Positions 49,809 to 63,860 of a stretch of 64,000 bases of DNA are shown here, piece after piece; within the stretch, counting starts at the first letter, position 1; each line of letters opens with the position of its first letter. Where the stretch lies: contig NC_092679.1 in NCBI RefSeq assembly GCF_964355755.1, positions 7,470,201-7,534,200 of the forward strand, written 5' to 3'. The translations under genes were made by a program, and so were the position numbers. The notes beneath the pieces were generated by a model. The model was not told where the DNA came from and searched no databases. It saw only the letters and a list, made by a program, of their open reading frames with translations. Origin of the DNA: Antedon mediterranea (Eukaryota > Animalia > Echinodermata).

Positions 49809-52800
49809 CTGGAAAATAAAAAAAGTTGATCAAATTTGGGAAGGAAATGCAACATGACCAAGTTAAAGTCTATTTTACCAAAATTCCCTTCTGTTAAGCT
49901 TTGTTTACCACTATCAAACTAGTTTGAAAAAAAAAGAGTGATGTGCCCAGATGGTAGTGATACAATAATATAAAAATAACGTGTATGGGCTATCACATTT
50001 TTTTTGTAGGATGAGGTTTTGGGAAAATAAAATTGCTCCAAATCCTGTTGCAGTAAATGACTCGGATATTCTGCTTCGTCTATTTAATGGGTTATGTAGG
50101 CCTATACTGGAATATGCTGCCCCCGTTTGGGTTCCACATCAAAAGCAGCACATTACTGCTATTAATAAATCCCTTCGTCGAGTCACCAAGTTATGTGTTC
50201 TTGGTGGTTACGAGGAGCGATTACTGAGGTTAAAGTTGCCTTCGATAGACCAGACATTAAAATATCTCAGTATTATTTTTGTAGTTAAGTGTTTTTATGG
50301 TCATATTGATTTTGACATACACAATTATATTGATTTTAACAAAGGTTACGGACTCTAAAATTACCCACGATTTATAATAGACTTAAATTCATCCGTGTTA
50401 AATTTGTTGTGAAGTGCCTCTGTACAGATTTCCTAATTGATGGTGCTTTGCTACCTAAACCTGTTGAACGTAGAAGTGAGAAACTTGTTTTCAGACATGA
50501 GAAGTCTCGTACTAATGCTTTTTTTTATTCTGTTTTTATTTCATTTCCACGGATGTGGGATGAGATTCCGGTATATATAACAGACATGTTTATTTATAAT
50601 GATTGCAATTTTTATTCTGTTTTATATAAATTCTATGTTACCGGGTTGTTAAATGTTTATCCTTGTTAATGTTATTTTGCCACCAGCACTATCAGGAGAG
50701 TCTTTTATAGCGATATTTTTTGCTTTTTGACAATCCGCCAGGATAGTGTTCTGCGCTTTTTCTCTGCTTGTTGTTGTTCTATGTAATATATGCTTTTTGT
50801 ATTGTTTTTGTATTATTTTTTCTGGATAATAAATGAATATGAATAATATAACCCTAGATGACCATTGCAAGAAAAATCGGAGATGTGAAAGTGAACAAGG
50901 ATAATAAGAAAAGCATGTATTTGGCAAAATATTCCTGACTCTAGTCTGGGCTCCAGGAGTTTTGTCTTAATATTAGTCAAAATATAAATATTTTTGCACA
51001 TATGGTGTTTCATACGTGTATTACTTGAGTTTGGATACTCCGTCTGGGGAAACACGCACAAGTCACGTGGTTTGACACCAAGAATTCTTGGTGCATAAAT
51101 TATCCAGTTGACTAGTTTCAGACGCATTGGCTACTCACTCGTACGCAGTTCTAATATTCATATTTCAGAATTTCAAAGACTCAACATCTAAGACGATGCG
51201 CATGCGCTATGTTACGTTTAGACAATGTGTACTTGGGTACATTGATGAAGGCTAGAAATGATTTTATATGCCTAGTAGTCTGGTAAACATTTGATGGGAT
51301 TTTTCCCAAGAACATGAAAACTCGTCTTGATATGATAGGCTTAGGCTACCTTCTCCGCAAATCAAACATTGAATGGATCATTTATTATGCGGAGATAATT
51401 TGATTTAATTCCCACCCAGCCAGACCCTGTCCTGTTCTGTGTGGTGGTGTAGCCCTGTTGTGTGCCGGTCGGTGGTGGTATGTACCTTATTGGCGTTTTA
51501 TTTGGCCGGTCATACGTACGAGTTGAGTAGCCCTACAAAGGAGGCCTAGGCCAGGACTAAACAATTAATAAACAAAACAACTTGGCAACACGATTTTATA
51601 TTTCAACAGTCTCGATCATACATTCAGCACTGTACGTACTCGATCTTTTTCATTTTGAAACAAAATGATCATTGGTTGATTCGAAATCCATATTTCCCAC
51701 CCCATATAGCCAAATACGGTATGATAACCTACGTCATTCTTATCGGATGTTTGCGGTCTGCAAATCGATTTCTATACTTGTTTCACAAGTCTGTATTTTC
51801 AGACAAAAATCACGGTCGAAATAAAAACAAATAAATAAAAAAAAAGACAATAAATACAGACTTGGGGCAAGTCTATCCTGACCCCATCAAAGACCGATTA
51901 TTATTTAGCTTCAGCCAATTTAAAAATTCTCTTCATTCAACAATAATTGAACTTTAAATTGTACATTATATTTGTGTAATTTTAATAATTTCTAATTATT
52001 GTAGATAACTCAATTTGGTTTTTTACCTTTTTTATACTGAATTTTACTATTTATGTTATAACGTAGTTTTCATATTTATAAATATTTTGATCAGCATTTT
52101 CTATTTTTTAAAGTTAATGTGTGTTTTCAATCTATATGTGATTTATGTATGTGGTTTGGAGTATTGGAGAGCCACTTTGATCTAGTGCTTGCACTGTTGG
52201 CAATCCTCAAGGTACTTGTTTGTACCACGCTTGTTTGTATAATGTTGGTTCTTTCTGTTTGTATACCTAAAAATTGAATAAATAAATAAATAAAAAAGAA
52301 AGGGGTGTGAGGGAAAGGAATAAAATATTTCACGGCATTACAAAAAACTATATTTTACATGGGGTCTAGGGTATGTTTTATAAAACAAGTAGGTAGTTAT
52401 CAAACACTTTCTAACTTACATTTGATATTTTATGTTGAGCATAGCTGGATGATGGTGTACATTGCAGCAGCTGTGTGGCTATTTCACAGTCTTTCCTCAA
52501 TCTTGTCTGCAAAAAATAATAATAAAAACTTATAATGTTATGATATTTTTGCCCAAAATCTTTAAAAAAAAATAAATGATGAAATCATGATAGTAACCTA
52601 GATGGATATAAAGACAAAACGTGTAGTTTAAGTTGAATCTTTGGGGACCACTAAACAATAATATTATCTGTAATAGTAAAGTTTAAGCTTATCAATTATG
52701 ATAACAAATTACAGTATAAGGTAGTGAAAGGAATTCTAGGTAAGGTATGAATATTATACTGCAGTTACTATAATACTGCAGCAATAATCATTGCAAAGTA

Positions 52801-55800
52801 TTATAAAGACTTATAAACAATGTTCACAAAGCACTTAATGCAAGTACTATATCATGATGATAATTAAGATTTATAATATGCACAAACTCCATAAAAAATG
52901 CTCAAACGGTGGTTGTTACAGAACTTTGATTTAATATGATAAAGAAGTACCCTAGATATATGAAATACAGTATGAATAAATGAAGATAAAGCCAGTCTAG
53001 AAGGAGACTTTATATAAACAGATAGATATACATACAGAAAGACATTAGAGAAGCAACGTAGTAGAATATTAATGATAGTTCACTTGAAAAATACAAAATA
53101 ATGTAACCTGCAGATACGACTACAGCTTGCTATAAAAGGTATGTTTTAACATAAAACAGTATCATTGTAGGTTATGGCAAAAACCAGTCAAAACGACTAT
53201 TCTACTGTATTGTAAATTAAATTCGAAAAAGATGATTTAAGTTTAACATAATACAGATATACAGTATAAATAAATGACGTGAATAAATAATGATCAAAGC
53301 AAGCCAAAAAGCTATTTTCATAAGCTGCATACGTACAGATGTACTGTATAGTATAATTAAAACAGAAGAAATACAGTTAAACTGTGAAAATGGTCGGTCA
53401 AAATGTGTGTGTAGGCCTAGTTTCTCATCTTCTAAAAATTATCTTCACAGAAATGTTTTTTAAAACCACGGCCTATCAATACAAATGACAAAATCATTAC
53501 AAAAAAGTCACAACCATTTTCTTTTTGCAGAGTCTGATCCTTGTCATTTATTATTTAAAAAAAACAACACCAGGCCTATTACAAACTTTTGAAAGTGCGA
53601 CCGTTAAGGGAGGTGGCCGTTTACGGGAGGTGGCCGCTTACGGAGGTTCAACTGTTGTTGGAACGGTGTGGTGTGGTTATAATTGTAAATATTGTTTTTT
53701 TTATTTGAAATTTTAATTTGGATAAAGAGTGCCCCTGGATATCAGCTTCTCTGAAAGGAAACTGGAAGGGTCACCCTCTGTAAATATTGTAGAAACGAGC
53801 ACGAATGTGCGATACTCAGGGTACAGCAAAAGAAGATGTAATGACGTCATAAGACGAGATTACGTCACATACACATCAAAATCAGCTACCAAATACGGCT
53901 ATACGGTTCCATCTTCGAGACGTGATATGGCTGCATCCTGTTTGAAATTTAAAAATCCGGTTCTATAGCTTTGAGGACATGTCCCTGTAGTATATTCATG
54001 CCAAATCCCTGCTCAATACTACAACGAATAAGGGAGGAGTAGTACTTTATAAATCGCACTTTTTACTCAATAGTGTCCAGATGGAGGAAATGGAAGAGGA
54101 GAAGAGGAGAAGATGAGAGAGTCCTAGACTCGGGTACCTCGAGTAATAAAAAATAAATAAAAATATAATATTACAAAAGCTTATTTTATTATACCTTATT
54201 TTAAACATAATCATAAATTTATTTAGGCCTAAACAATCAAAACTTGTTGAAATCAGCAGAAGTTATATTTATGAAATCAAATGAAATGGTAGTTTGGTAC
54301 ATGACATTCATACTGTAGTATTCCTACTTTAAATATACCTAGAGAAGTTAAACGTAATATGGCAATAACGATGTGAATATAAATTATGATGAACACGATC
54401 ATTTAAAGTGCCACATTTCATTTCAAGAATCATATGTTTTAAGTTTTTTGAATACTGACGTGGAAGACACGTCTTTGTTGCTAAGCAAAATTGATATCAT
54501 ATTTAAGAACCTTTAACAGTTAATGGACTTTAATCCTGGTGTAATATATCGGCTTGATGTTGCATAAGAATATTGAATCTGTGTTATACAGTACACTATG
54601 GATTATGGCTACATGATCATTACACTTTGACATACAGTATTCCAAACATTTGTGTAAGATAACCTGATGTTGTGAATTGAATAATACTTTGAATAAATGA
54701 TGATGAAGATGATCATAGATATACTTTTGGTTTATTTGTTTTAAGAACTACGATTGTTAAAAGTTTGATGTGAATGAATTTGTATAAATTGTTTTGTTTT
54801 CTCTTATCTTGTTTTTTTTATATCTGTTGGTTTTTAAATGAATGAAATAAAAAAAGAAGTAACTGAATAAAGGTGAATGGATGATTTATTATTTAAGTAA
54901 AAATAAAATAACATTTTAAAAACTTACATTCTTTTCCTCCAACTTGTTGATCTCAAACTTTGCATCGAGTAGTTTCTGACTTATTGACACGACCTCTCGA
55001 TTCAAAGCTTGTTTCTCCTTTTCATAGGCTGCACACTTTATGAAAAAAAGGAAGTAAAATTTGATTGGAAATATGGCGTGGAGAAGTAATAATATTATAA
55101 GTCTATTACATGCCTAGCCTACAGAAAATAGCCCATGCTCTCCAAAGGGAGGGATTTGATATGAAAAGTCAAAAATTCCTAAATCACTCCTTAACACTTT
55201 GACTGCCAAACACGAAGATCTTCGTTTTTGGAAACACAACGCTTGACTGCCAAACACGAAGATCTTCGTTTTTCGCATTTTTTTACGAAATCCGGTAGAT
55301 AGGTTAATTATTGGTATAATACTATAAATATGGACACTATATTCGGTCTGGACCGTGAATATTTTACTTTCTGAAAGTAACTAATCTGGTTACGAACGAT
55401 TGTCAAAATGGTACTTGTCGAAATAACATACACCGCGCATCACAGTAGCGCGTTCAGCGATGGTTTGGCGCATTGTGTATCGGTCGCGCGCTAGCTATGC
55501 CGCCGAAGCATTACAAAGGTTTATGTGGATTGGCATGTTTGTTTGTTATCTGAATAAAAAATAATGGATGAATTTTCAATATGAAGTCTTTAATTTTATT
55601 ATTGTATGTATACCATAATTGTTTTGGTGTTTCACTGTAAGTGGCAGAGTTTCACGCAACAAACTTGTTTAGAAATGGTATGAATATTATCATCAGTTTA
55701 CTAGCTAGGCTAGTAGTACTAGGCTATAGCCTAGGCCTAGTCGTAAAACGGTTCTGGACCAACTTTAGGCCTAGTTAACTAGGCCTGGTGTCTTTACTAT

Positions 55801-58800
55801 GTGGATTTTGGCGAAACATTGATGTAAGATTTATGATTTATAAAATGTAATACATTTTTCGATAGTGATAACTTGTTTTTATAGGCCTACCGGTGCCGTG
55901 TAAGTAACTTTTTCGTTGTTTGTTGATCTCACCAGGCGATATTTTCATATGATGATGTCTTGCACAAAATCGTGAATATCTCGACTTTCTTGCGCGAAAC
56001 TACGAAAAACTCAAAAAGTGGGTTACTTTCATTTTACTAATTACGATTTACATATTGCGATTTGAAAATCGTTCTTGGTACCATTGTAAAGCTAAAATCT
56101 TTATGATTATTTTAGTCTAAATTACATGTAAATCAGATCTCACATACATAGTTTCAATCAGCTTTAATAAAAACATCGAATTGGGCTATAAACGCTGGCG
56201 GTGGCAGTTTCTACCTGGAAAAACCTCTGGCAGTCAAAGTGTTAATAAACGGACGTCAGCAACTACGCCCTCATATGGGAATGTTCCACACTGTTGTCAT
56301 TTCGCTTTACTTGATGCTTGGAAGGTTGTTTATCCAAACTAGACTACCAACACCACTGTTGTTTGTGTAACTAATAGTTAATAAATCTATATTGTCTCCC
56401 ACAATTATGATGATGCATGTGTATCTAACATTACAGCATAAACTTACAATATCTAATATTCGTTCTTCAAGGTCAGAGTTCACTTCATGCAGTTCTCTGT
56501 GGCTCTGTTCCAATCTAAATAAAAATCGTAAAATATTACCGTCATTATCGTTTAAAATATGCCTTTAGTACATCATGGTTTGATAACATCTGCTACACAT
56601 ATAAAGTTTGTACTTAAAATAGACAATTCACCCATAGTAAACATTAACATTTCCTTTGATTCCTGCTGTATGCAGTTTTGTTTTAGTTTGTATAAGAAGA
56701 CTGTGAGGCCGTTGTATCTATAGTAAAGCATGCACAATATCTTTCTTTATGAATATTACTAATGAGAATAATCTATTGACGGCTTAATATGTATGAAGTT
56801 ATTGATGATCACGTTATTGAGTTCTTACATTAAGTCTAAAAATTAGCAAGTCAAATAATCTCAGACACTGTAGAACAGAAATTAACCAACCTGGGTTGAG
56901 CTTTCTGATACAACAAGGTAGAAAAGAAAGAAGAAATTATAATTGTAGAGACTGATGCACGAGTGGTGGAGGATCCAGAGGGTGCGCTTGGGGTGTTTGT
57001 TCCCACTTTTTATAGCTACAGTAAAATTAATTTACTGACTATTATGTTTAGCGCTCTACCGGTTCCTGGTTACACCACTATGTTTGTAGACACTGGTCAT
57101 GAAAAATCTATTTATTTTGCCCCAGTCAGATTATAATTCTACTTTGGGGCACCCCTGTCCAGAAGACAACCCTGTTTAAGGGACACCTTCCTGGGTACAG
57201 TAAGGGGCAATTACAGGTGCCTCTGTTAAGATGATTCACTGGACAGGTGCTAGGCCCTAGAGTTATGTCTGAACATAAACCTCGCACAAAAAGACAGCTT
57301 TGGCTAAACCTATCTGGCTCAAATATATTTACAGTGAGTTATTCTACCCTTAAGTTATCTGAATTTTCCCTTTAAAAGATGATTCATTCTAAGAGCGCTA
57401 AAAGAGACACTTAAGAATAAACAATGACGGTAAACAATTCAATCACTACCAATTACTTTGACATTATTCAACTCACTTGCTTCAGACAGAATATCAATTA
57501 ACATAATGTAACACAAAGTATGATGTATACTACAATTCAATTCAGTATTTTTGTATGTTTTTCATTAAATTCCATAAACTGAAATCAACTGGCATTAATT
57601 TGTACAGACTGAAATGGTTACCCTCTATAAATGAAGTTGAAATAAAAAAATAATAAAATAATTATGAATTCAAATAATGTATATAATATTTTGTAGTTTT
57701 TTTCAATATTTATTTTAATTACGCCAGGAAAGTAATTATGACAAAACCCAATACTGTATCCAACCTGGATCAGGATCATTCTATTTTATGTCAATTAATC
57801 AATCTCAAATAGTTAAGTAATATTACAATTGATAATGATTGCAACATTTTGTATAGGCTTTGTAGGCTACGAAAGGTTACGTGTAGATGCGAAGCAGTAT
57901 ATTCTTTCTGTACTGTATGTCTTAATCAATATTTGAATATTTATTGGGTCATCTTCATTTTAAATGTTATTATTGATAATTGATTTGTTTCAAACAAGGG
58001 AAGGTATGTTGAATTATAATATACTATATTTGTATTTTTTATAAATAAACATGTTCTACGGCGCTTCAAATAAATATGATCTTTTTAATGCAAAATGTAA
58101 TCATGTTCGTGAATATAATTTTTTTTTGAAGAATTAGTACTTTTTACTGCAGCTATTGTAATTATTTATATTTGGAAGATAGTCTAAACAAATAAGTTGA
58201 CGTTTACAGGCATTGGAAAACGATGGCGACATTTTTATGGAAAATTATATTTTTAGTGAATATGAAAAAATAATAAAAATATCTTTAAAAATTGATTGAT
58301 GGAATATGAATGGTTTTTTTATTTAGCCTTAGTATCGGTCAATTCTCCAAAAACCGGAAACAGGTGGGCTGGGTAATATATTTATTTTAGGAGATTTTGG
58401 AAAGTTGAGTGTACCGAACATTAACATTTCTGATTGCCTTTAGGAATCCAAATAACCAATAAGCATTGGAATGCCATTTGAACATTAGACTTATGCAAAA
58501 TGATAAATTTCATGGGATTCATAAAACATCCAGAAACACTTTAAAAGGTTTCTTAACTTGTGAACTGCAAGTACAACTCATTTGAAATGTTTAAAAGTAA
58601 TTGCTGACATAAATTATTATGGTTATTGGCCAATATAAAAATGTTATTGTTAAGGCCAATTTACACAGATGAGCGGTAACGGTACGTGAAAACCTTTGTG
58701 TTTGTCCCACATAAAATTTGTATCTACCGTATATTTCGGTGTATAAGTCGCACCTGTGTATAAGACGCACCCCCTAACTGAGAGTAAAATATCGGTATTT

Positions 58801-61800
58801 TTTATATCGTCGATGTATAAGACGCACCTTATATTTCATCAAAACAATGTTTTTTTAAATTGTAATCAATATTATTGTAATAATATATTTTGTTATATCT
58901 ACAACGGCGTCCTTTATTTAGGTTTTTTCTTACCTAGGCTCGGCCGCGCCCAGCCTCAACAAGTTCTTTCTAACTTGTTATTCATGAGTTTCGCGCCGCA
59001 ACATCGAGTGCATGACCGTGTGTGTAACACACACGTGTGTGGGCTAGCCTCGCTCGATCATTTCGAGAGGGCGCACGTTTTCACGGACAATCGTATTCGA
59101 TTAGTATCTATGTATCCGAGAAGTGTGTACGCTAGGTCCATGCTATAATCACCTGGAGAATATACTAGTCGAATACCGTACACCATGTGGCCACCAAAAG
59201 AAGGGCTTACGCTTGGGGTACGGCGATCGTGCGTATAACTAACTACTGTATAAATAAATACTATTCCAATCGTACGTAAACGTTTACAAATGAAATTTTA
59301 TCGGAGCGCCATAATGAACAAATCTTTTCATCACATTTAGTATAACACCATGCTAAAATGACTTGAAAACTAGGCAAAAGCAGGTTGCCGTTACGTTAGT
59401 TAGTTACTGTAGCTAGGCCTAGCCTACTCAGGCCTAGCAAACGAGGTGACGATAGCCTAGGCCTATGTACAATCTGTGTGGTGAGGCATTTATGTTCGGT
59501 GTATAAGACGCACCCTTAATTTAGAGGTCAAATTTGCTTGTCAAAAGTGCGACTTATACACCGAAATATACGGTAATCGTGAGAGGTTATCACTTGATTG
59601 TTATTAATTAATTTTTAAATGCTTAAGATAAGAAAATCTGCAAGAATGATAAAAAGATGCCTCAACAGAGATTTGAACCAGGAATCTACTTCTGCTTGAT
59701 ATGCAGACATCTTTGTTCCATTTTCTTATAAAAATGATAAAAGTTCTTTCCAGATTTGTGTCAAAATAACTCATAAAATTGATGGCCACACAGAGATATT
59801 CCTGTTTTTAAAATCTTGAAATACTTTACATTTAATAAAACACTTAACAGTAATTCAAGACATTTTCTGATTTTGTTGTAAAAGAATTTACGTACGTAAC
59901 AACTTAAAATAATACAAGCCGTTAAGAATATGTGTCAAGTGGTGTTAGAGATCCGCTGCTGGCTTACCTTTCATATTTACTGTGCAGTTTATGCATCTCA
60001 TTTTGCGTGTCATCCAATTCATTTTCTGTGTAAAGTGTACTCTGTAAGAACTCGCTTTCCATCAGTGTTATTCGTTGCTTGCTTTCTTCCACCTTAATCT
60101 TCAGCATCTCAAACTGCCGTTTACTTAGGCCGCAGTGCTAACGAAAAAAAAACATACCATTACAAATTAATTTTAAAATAGGCTTGATGTGACCATCCCA
60201 TTTTAAACACATTTTTATTAACAATAACATCAAATAAAATATTAATTAAAGAATAATATACAGTATTGAATCATCCATCCAGTGATGTAATACAGGGGGC
60301 AGCAAAGACCCTGGTTTAGCACTCCTAAGTGGCCCTCCAATGATGGTTGTTGCATTGGGGTTTATCATTTTCTGGGTCCTGATGCCCTCAGTTTAGCCAG
60401 TGAGCAGTCATAGCCGTTATGCAACTGGAATCATCTATTCTATTATACTAGACAAGTAAAAATAAGTTTCTAACCAATACAGTAACATACTAAGCTCTTA
60501 AATTGGTTTGATCCACAGTTATAAAGTCCATATGAAAAGACAATAATGTAGGTAATATATGTCCTTGTGATTAAAGTATACTGCGAATTACCAACCTTTT
60601 AAAACTGGTTGGAAGCAATGGATTAACTATATAGTGTGTTTCATTTGCTTTTTAGTTTTTAAGGTCAAATTCCATTATTTACATCACAATACTTTTGAAT
60701 TTAAAGCAGCATGAAGTCTTTAGATAAACTACAATTTAACCTTATCTAAATAACTAAAGAAAACACCATTCTAAATAAAACTCTTGTTCGCAATAACACG
60801 GTAAAATAAAATAAACAAAATTACAGAAAATGAACGCTTTCAAACACTTTTTTTCTTCATTATGGAAATATTTTCAGGAAAAGAAAGGATAGAACGCCAA
60901 GAAAAATAAAACTGGCATAAAAAATAGAAATTGAACCAGGAGTCTAAAATTCTGTTTAGTGTTTGTTAACAAACTTTTATTCTGGTAAACAAGAACATGA
61001 CGTCAGTTTTCAATTAAAGAAATATTTAATATCTTGTGTTTTGTTGAACTTTGACCCAAACTTTGTCCTGCTGGCTAGTGAAATGAACCATGAATTTAAA
61101 TAAAAAACATTGTAAAAATATTCAGTGTTCATTCAATCTATATATTCTTTTGTTTTGAAAAGTTTGACTCGAGGTTGTCCAACGTGTTGGTTAGTGTTAG
61201 AACCATATATTTAAGAAAAAATTGTTATTAAAAAGTATATTTTAGTCAGTGTACATTCATCACATATTGCAAGGTATATCTGTTAAGTTCTGTATTAGGG
61301 ACACTCTCGCTTGTCAATGCCAATAATTATCTTTTAAAACTAAAATGTCATGGATGAAAAAGATCATTTTTAAGCTTAATGAAAACCAAGAATTCAATGG
61401 TAACTGTGAATTAAAATGCAGGTAGTTTGTGAAAACTACCTGCAAAATACAAGTGCTGTTAATTTACAATGTTATACAAAATGTTTTGGTGCTGAGAAAT
61501 TGAAATACATTCAAATCAAATTTCTTAATTTATCTCATCAAAAACAAAACAAAGAACAAAAAGGAGTATTTAGAACAAATTTAAAGAAGATGAAAGGGAC
61601 CTCCAGGAAACCCGAAGGAGCTTGTGATAGGAGGGCCACAAAAAAACTAGTTACATAAAGATAATGAATATTGTTTTTGTAAACAGTTGTGATAGATGAA
61701 TAGCTAATATTATACATTATTTGAAATAAACAAATTTCTATTCAAACTGTATAAATCACTGTAGAATATTTTATTATTATTAAAATATTTTACTTTCCAC

Positions 61801-63860
61801 ATTCAGATGAAAAAAAATACATTATGTACTGTATACAGTAAGTCTGAGATATAAAACAATTTTCCTTTTCTGAAGGAACATAAAATCACATTTTAATAAA
61901 TAATGCTAAAATAAATCCCTACTGTTACGAAGGATTGTAGTATGTTATTGGTTGAAATCATTATGAACTAATAGAGAATGATTTATTTGACAAAGTACCT
62001 AGCCATTAACTCACAATGTTACTTATTTCACCAAGAGTAGATTGTGAGATTACCATAAGAACGACTGTATAACCAATTACAAAATGGCGACAGAAAAACA
62101 ATAAAAATACCGACTGTACAACAGGTATGAATCATGACAAAACAATTGTCTCACAATCATCGTCAATTTTTTTGGAAGATCATATTTTACTATAAACATT
62201 TAGCCATTTCAAAATTTAACAATAACAATTTAATTTGTATTACATTTTATTATATTTTTTATGATTTCGGTAAAAGTCAGTCATACTTGTCTATCATATT
62301 TTGTCAACCTAATTGGTATTTTGCTTTATTTATCAATAGACAAAGAGATAAACATCATTATTTAACTCTATTGTATTGTAAAATCAGAAAGTACACAAAT
62401 TGCAATGCATGATTTACATAATTATGTTTATTTTGTGACCACACAATAAAAATACAGTCTAGTGAAATTGAATGCGAAAAGATTAGTAATATAGTATTAC
62501 GGTAGGTGTATTTAGTATTACTAGGGGGAAAGCCCAATAGTTAATACAAAAGTCTAACCAGGGGAAAAGCCACAGATACAAGGGTCTAATCAGGGGAAAA
62601 GCCACGGATACAAGGGTCAAGCCACGGATACAAGGGTCTAACCAAACAAATTTTGTCTTTTCTATTTCTGTCGAATGATATTAATTTATTACATCAACTT
62701 TGCCAATAAAAGGCTTTTTTCCTGTAATAGTATACAAATAGCTCTATTCAAAATACTCAAATTATATAAAAACTTCAATAAATCCCAACATTAATTAGCA
62801 AATCTATCATATTTCCAAATTAGATTAGAACCACACAAGTAAAATATTTAAAATGCTATTTCCTGTTGTCTGTTTTGTTTGTATAACTGTTTGCCGAAAA
62901 AGATAAAAGATATTAAAGATGATGTATTTTTAAATGCTATCACTATCGGATTGAATATTTTAGAAAAAGATCAACTATAAAATAAAAGTGACTGTGAAAT
63001 TCGAAATGATTTGAAATTAAACTTTATTGCCTTGAATGAAAAAAAAAGCAGTGAAACATGGCAGCTATCATTTCAGTGATTAAACTTGTGAATATAAAGC
63101 ATGTAATCAAACGTAATAACTCATTTTCTTTGATGGTTGTAATTTCATGCTAGTTGACGTGTTGAAAATAACTTGACAATTCATAATTGAGAACATTTTA
63201 TATCAAACCAAAATGGTGGTTAACATTACGGTAGCCATCTTTGTATTTTCCCATTTCAGATTTTAACAGACATTCTCTGGTTGTGGTAATATAGGGAGTC
63301 TTCATGGTTGAGCGCCCCATACACGGTTTAACAGACCAAGCTAAATTCTGTACTCAATATCATAATTATAATCACGATCTAAACACAGGGGATTCCACCG
63401 TGTATTGAAACACTCTGTCTGATTGAGTATGGTTTAGTGGTGCTGTACATTGCCTTTCTTTCGCATTATTCATGGTTCAAATCAGGCATTTTGTACCGTA
63501 TATTTAAATGTTTAATGGAAAAAATGATGATGATGTAGTGTATTCAAAACTACAGTACAGTAGGTCTTTATGAGGGGACACTTTAAAGGTACAAAATAGT
63601 TTATTATCTTTATTGAAAACATCAAGTCATAGATATTATAAAATAAAATGACGATTCTCTGTTGGTCATAGATCATGCTTATTACAAATGCTACTGTATG
63701 CATATTTATATCCTCAAATTAACTTAATTATAATGTTTATACTGGGAACATTAAAATGGGTTGTTTCTGGTTAACTAGTGTACAACACCCAACATGTGTA
63801 AACAATCTAAATTAAGCATGAAATACTCACAAAACATTTCTCTGGTGGTACTCGCTCCAT
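48585..63860 (-). CDS. TJAP1: TJAP1 (Pilt)/BEGAIN-family coiled-coil protein, 6 coding exons: 63860-63831, 60137-59968, 56514-56448, 55035-54928, 52506-52420, 49808-48585 (1686 nt, 561 aa)
   Basis: Coiled coil ...KYERLEQSHRELHEVNSDLEERIL...LNREVVSISQKLLDAKFEINKLEEKNTRLRKDCEIATQLLQC...HKISNLPHDVQ...VPAIIIAKAM parallels the conserved TJAP1/BEGAIN block (KLLDAK, DCNLAVQLLKC, VPTSVIARVL) as I recall it. Phases are consistent. Probably the single invertebrate co-orthologue of both vertebrate genes. Confidence 0.85.
49897..50006. mobile_element. Truncated MITE of the tctacactat family
   Basis: actatcaaactagtttga...gtgatgtgccca..atggtagtgata...tcacattttttt matches the 45068 copy, then is cut by LINE sequence. 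Confidence 0.65.
50007..50845 (+). mobile_element. Decayed 3' fragment of a CR1/L2-group LINE in TJAP1-like intron 5
   Basis: LFNGLCRPILEYAAPVWVPH...LRRVTK...YEERLLRLKLPS and RTNAFFYS..FPRMWDEIP (ORFs 49981..50358 and 50409..50669); aataaatgaata tail. Confidence 0.82.
52420..52506 (-). CDS. TJAP1: TJAP1/BEGAIN-like exon 5
   Basis: TRLRKDCEIATQLLQCTPSSSYAQHKISN|gtaagt. Confidence 0.9.
53372..53654. mobile_element. Degenerate Tc1/mariner-type MITE remnant
   Basis: tacagttaaac ... ggttcaactgt ends with subterminal ggaggtggccg repeats on the right. Confidence 0.4.
54928..55035 (-). CDS. TJAP1: TJAP1/BEGAIN-like exon 4
   Basis: CAAYEKEKQALNREVVSISQKLLDAKFEINKLEEKN|gtaagt. Confidence 0.9.
55195..56241. 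mobile_element. Non-autonomous piggyBac-type element (1047 bp)
   Basis: TTAA on both sides; TIR cactttgactgcca / tggcagtcaaagtg; subterminal direct repeat ttgactgccaaacacgaagatcttcgtttt twice. Confidence 0.88.
56448..56514 (-). CDS. TJAP1: TJAP1/BEGAIN-like exon 3
   Basis: LEQSHRELHEVNSDLEERILDI|gtaagt. Confidence 0.88.
58727..59573. mobile_element. Non-autonomous Tc1/mariner (pogo/Tigger-like) element (847 bp)
   Basis: TA on both sides; perfect TIR ccgtatatttcggtgtataagtcgcac; internal tgtataagacgcacc repeats. Confidence 0.9.
59968..60137 (-). CDS. TJAP1: TJAP1/BEGAIN-like exon 2
   Basis: HCGLSKRQFEMLKIKVEESKQRITLMESEF...ENELDDTQNEMHKLHSKYER; ttttcgttag acceptor, gtaagc donor. Confidence 0.88.
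62524..62644. repeat. Short ~32-bp tandem repeat
   Basis: aagggtctaa(c/t)caggggaaaagccac(a/g)gatac, 3-4 degenerate copies. Confidence 0.7.
63831..63860 (-). CDS. TJAP1: TJAP1/BEGAIN-like probable first coding exon
   Basis: MERVPPEKCF|gtgagt; in-frame TAA three codons upstream of the ATG; phase 0 joins the next exon to give KCFHCG. Confidence 0.6.

Noticed and set aside
58756-59148. 130-aa plus-strand ORF
   Set aside because: Lies wholly inside a non-autonomous Tc1/pogo element; the repeated MYKTH comes from subterminal repeats and there are no transposase motifs
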